From a candidate division WOR-3 bacterium (lineage in GTDB: Bacteria; Hydrothermota; Tepidihabitantia; Tepidihabitantales; Tepidihabitantaceae): a stretch of 24,102 bases of DNA. Both the position numbers and the translations under genes were made by a program. The stretch's first letter is position 1; each line of letters starts with the position of its first letter. The stretch lies in the NCBI GenBank assembly GCA_011049385.1, contig DSBX01000201.1:1-24102 (forward strand), in the 5' to 3' direction. The notes beneath the pieces are model-generated. The model saw nothing but the letters and a program-made list of their open reading frames with translations, was not told the origin of the DNA and did no database searches. This document shows positions 8,659-15,391 of this stretch, in pieces.

Positions 8659-8694
8659 CGTGAATCGGACGCATTCGACACCGGGTCGAACAGT

Positions 8695-9930
8695 ATGAAG
8701 ATGACCCGAGTTTACCTGGACCACGCGGCCGCAACGCCGCTCCTGCCCGAGGCGCGGGAGGCGATGGTGCCGTTCCTGGACGGAGAGTTCGGCAACCCGG
8801 CCAGCATTCACGCCCGGGGTGAGAAGCCGCGGGCCGCGGTCAAGGATGCCCGGGAAAAGGTCGCCGGCCTGGTCGGGGCCCGGCCGGAGGGTATCATCTT
8901 CACCGCCTCGGCCTCGGAGAGCAACAACCACGCGCTCAAGGGTCTGGCGGCGGGGAGGGCCGGGCATATCATCGTCTCGGCCATCGAGCACGTCTCGGTG
9001 CTGGAGCCGGCCCGGACTCTCGCCAAGGCGGGTTTCGAACTGACCGAACTGCCGGTTGACGGCGAGGGCCGGGTCCGACCCGAATCGCTGACCGCGGCCA
9101 TCCGGCCCGATACCGTGCTGGTTTCGGTGATGCACGCCAACAACGAAGTCGGCGCGGTGCAGGATATTGCCGAACTGGCCAGGGTTGCGCACGAACGTGA
9201 AGTGCCTTTCCATTCCGACGGGACCGCCGCGGTCGGCCGCCTGCCGGTGGACCTCGGCGCGCTGGGGGTGGACGTCTACTCCTTCGCGGCCCAGTCGGTC
9301 TACGGCCCGAAGGGCGCGGCCGCCCTGTACATCCGGCCCGGGACCCGGATCAGGCCGCTGGTCGAAGGCGGTTTTCAGGAACGCAACCGCCGGGCCGGCA
9401 CCGAGAATGTCGCCGCGATCGCCGGTTTCGGGGCCGCGGCCGAAGTGACCGCCCGCCGCCTCGCCGACTGGTCGGGGGAGATGAGCCGGCTCGCCGACCG
9501 TATCTTCACAGAACTGCCGTCAAGGCTGGACCGGCTGGTGTTCACCGGCCCCGGGACCGGCCGGCTGCCGGGTCACGTCTCGGTCTGCGTCGAATTCGTC
9601 GAGGGTGAGGCGATGCTGTTGTCGCTGGACGATGAGGGAATCGCCGCGGCCTCGGGTTCGTCGTGTACCGCCCGCACACTCAAGGTGTCCCACGTCCTGT
9701 TGGCAATGGGCCTGCCCCACACACTGGCCCAGACTTCGCTCGTGCTGACCCTGGGCCGGGACACGACCGACGCCGGGGTGGACCACCTGCTGGAAAAACT
9801 GCCGCCGATCGTCATCCGGCTCAGGCGGATGTCTCCGCTCTACGCGAAGCTCGAACGGGGCGAGGACCCGTACGCGGCCGCGGCCGGCGCGGCCTGTGAA
9901 GACGACCATTCGACCGTGGAGGAAGGCTAA
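8695..9930 (+). CDS. iscS: IscS/NifS-like protein lacking the PLP Schiff-base Lys (probable non-catalytic cysteine desulfurase homologue)
   Basis: Group I fold motifs YLDHAAATP, FGNPAS, MHANNEVG, YGPKG, RAGTENV, SGSSCT. The canonical SGHK reads AAQS. Confidence 0.9.
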   Translation: MKMTRVYLDHAAATPLLPEAREAMVPFLDGEFGNPASIHARGEKPRAAVKDAREKVAGLVGARPEGIIFTASASESNNHALKGLAAGRAGHIIVSAIEHVSVLEPARTLAKAGFELTELPVDGEGRVRPESLTAAIRPDTVLVSVMHANNEVGAVQDIAELARVAHEREVPFHSDGTAAVGRLPVDLGALGVDVYSFAAQSVYGPKGAAALYIRPGTRIRPLVEGGFQERNRRAGTENVAAIAGFGAAAEVTARRLADWSGEMSRLADRIFTELPSRLDRLVFTGPGTGRLPGHVSVCVEFVEGEAMLLSLDDEGIAAASGSSCTARTLKVSHVLLAMGLPHTLAQTSLVLTLGRDTTDAGVDHLLEKLPPIVIRLRRMSPLYAKLERGEDPYAAAAGAACEDDHSTVEEG

Positions 9931-10304
9931 TGTATTCGGACAAGGTCATGGACCATTTCCGCAACCCGCGGCACGTCGGCGCAGTCGAGAACCCGGACGG
10001 CGTGGGCGAGGTCGGCAACCCGGTTTGCGGCGATATGATGAGTTTCTCGATAAGGGTGCGTGACGGCGTCCTGAAGGATGTCAGGTTCCGAACCTTCGGC
10101 TGCGGCGCCGCGATTGCGGTCTCTTCGATGGTGAGCGAGATGGCCATCGGCAAGACGATAGAGGAAGCGCTGGCGATGAGCAACGCGGACGTCGCCAGGG
10201 AACTCGGCGGCCTGCCGCCCAACAAACTGCACTGCTCGAACTTGGGTGCCGACGCGCTGCACGCGGCCATCCGGAACTACCTCGAGAAACAGAAGGAGGC
10301 GTAG
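9930..10304 (+). CDS. iscU: Fe-S cluster scaffold IscU/NifU N-terminal type
   Basis: YSDKVMDHFRNPR, CGD, FGCGAAIA, LPPNKLHC; TAATG coupling to iscS. Confidence 0.97.
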   Translation: MYSDKVMDHFRNPRHVGAVENPDGVGEVGNPVCGDMMSFSIRVRDGVLKDVRFRTFGCGAAIAVSSMVSEMAIGKTIEEALAMSNADVARELGGLPPNKLHCSNLGADALHAAIRNYLEKQKEA

Positions 10305-10306
10305 TG

Positions 10307-10483
10307 ATGGAACGTGAGTGCGGTTGTCCCTACTGCGACGGTATGACCGACACCGGGGTCTGTGCGCCGTGCGGGGTCAAGCTTGTCCTTTGCCCGGACT
10401 GCGCCACCCCCCAGCCGCGCGAGGCGACGGTCTGCGCCGCCTGCGGCGCGGCCCTTTCCCAGCAAGACCAGGACAAGGAGTGA
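10307..10483 (+). CDS. 58-aa Cys-rich double zinc-ribbon-like microprotein (absent from the ORF track)
   Basis: MERECGCPYCDGMTDTGVCAPCGVKLVLCPDCATPQPREATVCAACGAALSQQDQDKE; SD AAGGAGG; fills the iscU-grx gap with 2-nt spacers on both sides. Confidence 0.85.
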   Translation: MERECGCPYCDGMTDTGVCAPCGVKLVLCPDCATPQPREATVCAACGAALSQQDQDKE

Positions 10484-10485
10484 CA

Positions 10486-10764
10486 ATGCCGACAGCAAAA
10501 GAGCCCGGTGCGAACAAGAAGCACAAGGTCAGGCTCTACGGCCTTTCGACCTGCGGCTGGTGCCGCAAGACCAAGGAACTGCTCGACTCCCAGCAGGTCG
10601 AGTACGAGTATGTCTACGTTGACCAGTGTGAGGGCGACGAGCGGGCGGAGTTGACCGCCGCGGTCCGTGCGCTCAACCCGCGTGGTTCCTTCCCGACCGT
10701 CGAGATTGACGGCGAGGTGGTGGTCGGCTACGACGACGACCGGATCCTCGAGTTGCTGGGCTGA
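10486..10764 (+). CDS. Glutaredoxin/NrdH-like redoxin (CGWC), 92 aa
   Basis: LYGLSTCGWCRKTKELL, SFPTVEI, VVGYD; SD AAGGAG before ATG 10486. Confidence 0.92.
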   Translation: MPTAKEPGANKKHKVRLYGLSTCGWCRKTKELLDSQQVEYEYVYVDQCEGDERAELTAAVRALNPRGSFPTVEIDGEVVVGYDDDRILELLG

Positions 10765-11282
10765 TGGCCGGCGAGAAGCACCCGCCCGAGGTGCTCAAGC
10801 TCTACGAACGCCTGAAGCGCGTGGCGGTTGAGGGCGGGTACATGCTCAACCCGGACGAGGAGTTCACGCTCCGGCTAGTCCAGGGGTTGCAGGATAACAT
10901 CGGCCGTTTCGGTTACCCGGCCTGTCCCTGCCGTCTGGCCTACGGTGAGAAATCGAAGGATGTGGACCTCATCTGCCCTTGTTACTACCGCGACGCGGAC
11001 ATTGAGGAGTACGGTACCTGCTACTGCACGCTCTACGTCAACGAAGACTGGGTGAGCGGCAGGTTCCCGCACAAGAGCATCCCGGACCGGCGACCGGCCG
11101 ACTTCGTCCTGAACGGCTACGCCGAACCGGAGCCGGTGCGGCGGGCCGAAAGCGGCGGGCTTTCGCCTTCCCTGCCGGTCTGGCGATGCAAGGTCTGCGG
11201 CTACCTTGCCGCCCGCGATGAGCCGCCCGGCAAGTGCCCGATCTGCAAGGTGGGCAAGGAACGGTTCGAGAGGTTTCTCTAG
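10764..11282 (+). CDS. Ferredoxin:thioredoxin reductase catalytic-subunit homologue fused to a C-terminal rubredoxin-like domain (FDR-type)
   Basis: CPC...CPC...CYC motifs, then WRCKVCGY...CPIC. Confidence 0.92.
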   Translation: MAGEKHPPEVLKLYERLKRVAVEGGYMLNPDEEFTLRLVQGLQDNIGRFGYPACPCRLAYGEKSKDVDLICPCYYRDADIEEYGTCYCTLYVNEDWVSGRFPHKSIPDRRPADFVLNGYAEPEPVRRAESGGLSPSLPVWRCKVCGYLAARDEPPGKCPICKVGKERFERFL

Positions 11283-11284
11283 CG

Positions 11285-11590
11285 ATGGCGGGTCGGGTTA
11301 TCGCCGAACTGACCATCGTGCCGCTCGGCACCGGCTCGACCAGCCTCAGCCGCTGGGTCCGGATTGCCGAGAAGGTCATCACCGAAAGCGGGCTGGAGCA
11401 CACCCTTACACCGATGGGAACCTGCGTCCAGGGCGAGCTTGAAGACATCTTCGCGGTTGTCAAGCGGGCCCACGAGGCGCTGGCCGCGGCCGGTGCAGGC
11501 AGGATTTCCACCCATATCAAGCTCGACGACCGCCTGGACAAGGACCGCGTCATGCAGGACAAGATTGACGCGGTGCTGAAGCAGGACTGA
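11285..11590 (+). CDS. MTH1187-family thiamine-binding protein
   Basis: IAELTIVPLGTGSTSLS, LTPMGT, RISTHIKLDDRLDK pattern; start moved to ATG 11285. Confidence 0.88.
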   Translation: MAGRVIAELTIVPLGTGSTSLSRWVRIAEKVITESGLEHTLTPMGTCVQGELEDIFAVVKRAHEALAAAGAGRISTHIKLDDRLDKDRVMQDKIDAVLKQD

Positions 11591-11595
11591 AGCCG

Positions 11596-12192
11596 ATGTC
11601 CGGTCGGGCAATGGCCCGACTGCTCGCCTGTCTGCTCGTCGGCCTGGCCTGCCTGCCGGTCCGGAGCCGTTCGACCGCGCCCGCGGTCAACTCCGAACTG
11701 GTGGTCCGGAAGTTCGCCGAAGGCTTCGGCAGCGGTACCGGGCGGTTGACCCGTCTGTTCCTGAATGATGCTGAGGTTCGCCTGGCCGGGTTGGGTGTGG
11801 GGTTCAGGGGACGCCGCGAAATCGAGCGCCTGCTGGACTACGCCCGGGCCGCAGAGGCCCGGCTCGAGCTGTCCGCGCTGGAGCGGCGGGGCGACACCGT
11901 GTTCTGCCGGTTGGCCGAGGACAACGCCTGGCTCCGGGCCCTGGGCGCGGACAGCCTGCGCTACTCGGCCCGGTTCCTGTTCCAGGGCGGCCGGGTTGCA
12001 GAGGCCGAAATCCGACTCCTGCCCGGCTCCCGGGCCGCGCTCGGCCGGAGCGGGATGGCTTTCGCGCTCTGGGTACGTGACCACGCACCGGGGGCCATCG
12101 AGCGCATCCTGCCCGGTGGACGGCCCGAATTCTCCCGGGACAGCGTCCGCCAGCTGTTGGAGCTCATTCGGCGCTGGCAGACCGAGCGTTGA
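11596..12192 (+). CDS. Exported hypothetical protein, NTF2/SnoaL-like fold suspected
   Basis: Signal-like N-terminus; LFLNDAEV...FRGRREIERLL...GDTVFC...FQGGRVAE pattern. Confidence 0.6.
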   Translation: MSGRAMARLLACLLVGLACLPVRSRSTAPAVNSELVVRKFAEGFGSGTGRLTRLFLNDAEVRLAGLGVGFRGRREIERLLDYARAAEARLELSALERRGDTVFCRLAEDNAWLRALGADSLRYSARFLFQGGRVAEAEIRLLPGSRAALGRSGMAFALWVRDHAPGAIERILPGGRPEFSRDSVRQLLELIRRWQTER

Positions 12193-12230
12193 GGGCGCAT
12201 CCTTTGTCCCGCTCTCTGCGTCTCACTCTA

Positions 12231-12414
12231 TGAGCGTGCGGAAGGCAAGACTCAAAGCCGGGCCCGGACCGCACTGACCAAAGGTCTCACGGTAAGGGTC
12301 CGAAGCGGCAGTACGGACTGCCGATGGCGGTACGCGCTATTCAGGGACTCTGGGATTATGGAGGTGTTCGGTCCGCTGAGACGGAACGAAGCTGCACCAC
12401 CTCCTTCCCGGTTC
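12231..12414 (+). ncRNA. Unassigned structured RNA candidate (6S-sized sRNA or cis-regulatory element)
   Basis: Non-coding gap with several stems (12306-12323; 12360-12366/12398-12404; 12265-12271/12369-12375; 12240-12245/12403-12408) ending at an intrinsic terminator. Family not recognised. Confidence 0.45.
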
Positions 12415-12444
12415 AGGGCGGGGTAACACCCCGCCCTTTTCTTT
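12415..12444 (+). terminator. Rho-independent terminator
   Basis: AGGGCGGGG-TAACA-CCCCGCCCT followed by TTTCTTT. Confidence 0.88.
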
Positions 12445-12456
12445 GTCCGGGTTCGG

Positions 12457-12484
12457 TTGACAAGCGTTGCGGGCGGCGTACGAT
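12457..12484 (+). promoter_or_regulatory. Promoter TTGACA-N16-TACGAT for the DegV-DAK2 gene
   Basis: Perfect -35, plausible -10; AGAGGA SD before ATG 12507/12510. Confidence 0.65.
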
Positions 12485-12506
12485 GGCGACAAGAGGATGT
12501 ACCGCA

Positions 12507-14894
12507 ATGATGGCAGCGCCGCATAGCGAAACCGGGCGGCCGGTCCGGATCGTAGTGGACGGCACCACCAATACCGACCCGGCCACGCGCCGGCGGTTGG
12601 GCATTGCGATCATCCCGATCCACATTTCAGGTCTGCCCGGGGAGGTGGCGTCCCGCCTTGCGGCCGGCGGGCACGAAGCGCTCTATGACCACCTCGACCG
12701 CCCGCACCGGCCCGAGGAGCAATGCGGCACCCGGGCCGGCAGTGTCTGGGAGGCGCGGCAGGTCTTTGAGGACCTCATCCGCTGGGAAGACTGCGATATC
12801 ATCTGTCTCGTTGCCTGCGGTCGGTTGTCGGCAGTTTACGATAACGCTTCCCGGGCCGCGCGCGAGCTGTCCGGCCGGTATGAGAATCGAATCGTCGTGC
12901 TCGGCGAGCAGGCCTTTCTTGCGCTGGAACTGCTGGGCGAGGCTGCGGCAGCATACGCGGCGGCCGGGCACGGGTTCGAGGAGGTGCTGGCGTTCATCGA
13001 GGACAAGCAGGACCGGGCGTTCATGACCGGCAGTATCGTTGACCTCGCCCGCCTGCGCCGCTCGGGTCGGGTGGCGATACCCCGGACACTTACCCTTGTC
13101 GCCCGGCCCTTTCTTCGGCTGTTCGGGTTGGTGCCAACCTTCATCCTCGAAGAGGGGCGGCCGCGCACGACTGCGCTCATCCGCAAGCGCCGGCTTGCTT
13201 GCCACGCGCTCGATACCACGTCCGAACGGGTCGGGTTTCACGAGCCGGTCATTGCCCGGGTCGCCTACAGCGGTAGTGGCGTGCGCGCTGAAGCCGAGAA
13301 GCTGCGGGATGCTGTGGTGGAGAGCCCGGAACTCAGGTTGGCCGAACCGGTGGCAATCGAGCGGGTGAGCCCGGTCGTCGGGGTGCACGCCGGGTCCAGC
13401 CTGGTTGCTTTCGCGGCGCTTGGGCTGGGCTACGATTTGCTTTCGACGCCGGTGCTGGTCCGAATCCTGCAGGCGGCGCAGGCGGAACTGCAGAACTTCC
13501 GGCGGATGCTCAACGCCATCAACGTTTTCCCGGTGCGCGATGGCGATACCGGCTCGAACCTGCTCTCGCCGCTGACGGGCGTTGACACGGAGATTGCCGA
13601 AGACCTGCCTTTTCCGGAAGCGCTGGACCGCGTCGCGTCACTGGTTGCCCGGCGGGGCGGCGGCTACTCGGGCGGGGCACTGGCCGCCTACCTGCTCGGG
13701 GTGGCGGCCCACGTCCGGGCTCACGAGTCCGGGCCGGAACTAGGTCTTGAAACCCTGGTCGGTGCGCTGGCCCGGGGCACGGACCGCGCCTACGAGTACT
13801 TCGGCGAAGACGCGAAGGAAGGGACGATTCTAAGCGTGATGCGGGCCTGCGACCGCGCCGCGGCCGAGGCGTTCAGGACCAGGCCTACCCTGCGCCACGT
13901 GCTGGGCCATGCCTGGCTGGCCGCGACCGACGAGCTTCTGAGCCCGGCGGTCCAGCCGGTTGAGATTCTGCGCCGCGAGCACCTTGCCCACGCGGGCGGG
14001 GTCGGTTTCGCGTTGCTGTTCTGGGCCGCGCTTGACACGCTCGGGCTGAGCCGGGATAGCCGTTTGCGCGAGCGACGACGGCTGGTCCTGTACGAGGTCC
14101 GGCGGCATGCGGAACTCGGCGGCAGGCTCGTCTACCGCCGCCAACCCGCGGGACTGCGCGGCTACTGCGTCGAAGCCAGCGTGCGCGGAGACGTGGCCCG
14201 TGAGCTGAGAGCCGAGTTCGGGACCCTCGATAATCGCTTGGCGGAGCCGAAGCTGACCTTCAATTTCGCCGACGGGGTGACTCACTTCCACTTCCACGTC
14301 TCGCCCGGTCTCGAAGCCGAAGTCTTGCGGATAGCGGCCCGCCACGGGTTTGCCGAACAGCCCAGGCCGCCGACCCGACTCGACAAGCGCCGGCGCGAAA
14401 TCGTCGGCTTCCGGCTCCTCGGTATCCTGAAGCGCATCGCCGGCCACATCGTGTCCTTCTCTGTCAACTGGGTCGCCTATGCCCTGCTCTTCCCGATAAT
14501 GCGTTACCGTGCTTACCGGCGCCTGAAGGCGCTGGAGACGAAAATCGAACACCTCGCGCTCAGCCGGCTTGGCCTCGCGGCCCTGGCCGACACGACCCCC
14601 CGGGCCTGCCTGCTGTTGGATGCGCAGGGAAACGTGACTTTCGCCAACGCGTCGGCCGGGCGTCCGGTCGCCACGGATGCGGGTGTGATCGAGGATTACC
14701 TGCCCCGGGAAGAGGCCCGGGTTCTGCGATTCCGACTGTCCGAAGCGGATGGTCGGCAGGCGGCATTCAGCTTCAACGTCGGGGACCGGGTGATGACGGT
14801 CCAGCCGCTCGGTGACAACCATCGGGCCGGCGGCTTCCTGGTCCTGATCGACCGCGCGGGCACGGCGTCGGTCCGCGCCCGGGTCGATGACTGA
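12507..14894 (+). CDS. DegV(FakB)-DAK2(FakA N+M)-TM-PAS fusion protein (~795 aa)
   Basis: DegV-like RIVVDGTT, RLSAVY, LRRSGRV, VGVHAG. DAK2 LNAINVFPVRDGDTGSNL, EGTILSV. FakA-M GYCVE...HFHFH. One hydrophobic helix, then PAS-like LLLDAQGNVTFANASA. Confidence 0.85.
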   Translation: MMAAPHSETGRPVRIVVDGTTNTDPATRRRLGIAIIPIHISGLPGEVASRLAAGGHEALYDHLDRPHRPEEQCGTRAGSVWEARQVFEDLIRWEDCDIICLVACGRLSAVYDNASRAARELSGRYENRIVVLGEQAFLALELLGEAAAAYAAAGHGFEEVLAFIEDKQDRAFMTGSIVDLARLRRSGRVAIPRTLTLVARPFLRLFGLVPTFILEEGRPRTTALIRKRRLACHALDTTSERVGFHEPVIARVAYSGSGVRAEAEKLRDAVVESPELRLAEPVAIERVSPVVGVHAGSSLVAFAALGLGYDLLSTPVLVRILQAAQAELQNFRRMLNAINVFPVRDGDTGSNLLSPLTGVDTEIAEDLPFPEALDRVASLVARRGGGYSGGALAAYLLGVAAHVRAHESGPELGLETLVGALARGTDRAYEYFGEDAKEGTILSVMRACDRAAAEAFRTRPTLRHVLGHAWLAATDELLSPAVQPVEILRREHLAHAGGVGFALLFWAALDTLGLSRDSRLRERRRLVLYEVRRHAELGGRLVYRRQPAGLRGYCVEASVRGDVARELRAEFGTLDNRLAEPKLTFNFADGVTHFHFHVSPGLEAEVLRIAARHGFAEQPRPPTRLDKRRREIVGFRLLGILKRIAGHIVSFSVNWVAYALLFPIMRYRAYRRLKALETKIEHLALSRLGLAALADTTPRACLLLDAQGNVTFANASAGRPVATDAGVIEDYLPREEARVLRFRLSEADGRQAAFSFNVGDRVMTVQPLGDNHRAGGFLVLIDRAGTASVRARVDD

Positions 14895-15025
14895 GCGGTC
14901 GCAGTGCCGCTCTCCCCGGTTGCCGGTGCGGTTGCGATCACCGGGTCGGACGCGGTCATCGCCCGTTGCGGGTTGTGGTTTTGCGTCGTATTCGGGGCCG
15001 ACCGGCAGGGCAATTGCCGGCGAGT

Positions 15026-15053
15026 TTGACCGGCGCCCGGTCCGGGCTAGACT
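15026..15053 (+). promoter_or_regulatory. Promoter TTGACC-N16-TAGACT, probably giving a leaderless mRNA
   Basis: ATG lies 7 nt after the -10; no SD. Confidence 0.6.
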
Positions 15054-15060
15054 GAAAAGT

Positions 15061-15387
15061 ATGTCCACCAAGGACCACGAATCACTCTGGGCCGATGTGC
15101 GCGAGTGGCTGTCCGACGCTACCCGCAGTGCGATACGCGAGGCCGAGGACCTGACCCGGCGGGGCAAGCTGAAGCTGGAGATAATGAACCTGTCAAGCCG
15201 GCTGGAGCGCAGGTTTGCCGAACTGGGGGGACGGATCTACGAGCAGGCCAGGACCAAGCCTGAGACACCGGTTCCGCTTGCGCCATATCGCCTGCTGATT
15301 GCCGACATCGCGAAGCTGGAAGCCGAGCGGACGAAGAAGCGCGCGCAGTACGAGGCCGAGAAGCGCCGGCGCGGCCAGTCGGAGTAA
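15061..15387 (+). CDS. Hypothetical coiled-coil protein (108 aa)
   Basis: Start moved to ATG 15061; helical charged sequence GKLKLEIMNLSSRLERRFAELGGRIY. Confidence 0.75.
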   Translation: MSTKDHESLWADVREWLSDATRSAIREAEDLTRRGKLKLEIMNLSSRLERRFAELGGRIYEQARTKPETPVPLAPYRLLIADIAKLEAERTKKRAQYEAEKRRRGQSE

Positions 15388-15391
15388 CTCG

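Noticed and set aside
2383-9213. Long antisense or alternate-frame ORFs (e.g. 2383-4173, 4630-6330, 7093-9213; also 13830-15167, 15299-16909, 20390-21826)
   Set aside because: They overlap well-supported genes, are Arg/Pro/Gly-rich with no motifs, and are expected shadows in high-GC DNA
10481-10488. Selenocysteine readthrough of the TGA joining the microprotein to the glutaredoxin
   Set aside because: The two ORFs are in different frames and the Grx has its own SD and ATG
12231-12414. Partial resemblance to glycine, lysine, T-box, c-di-GMP, SAM and SRP RNAs
   Set aside because: Only short fragments match (CCGAAG, TTCAGG, CGGAAGG); the core consensus elements are missing, so no family was assigned
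12358-12426. 22-codon ORF MEVFGPLRRNEAAPPPSRFRAG ending in the terminator loop (possible leader peptide)
   Set aside because: Weak SD, no regulatory codon run, and the downstream gene has its own promoter
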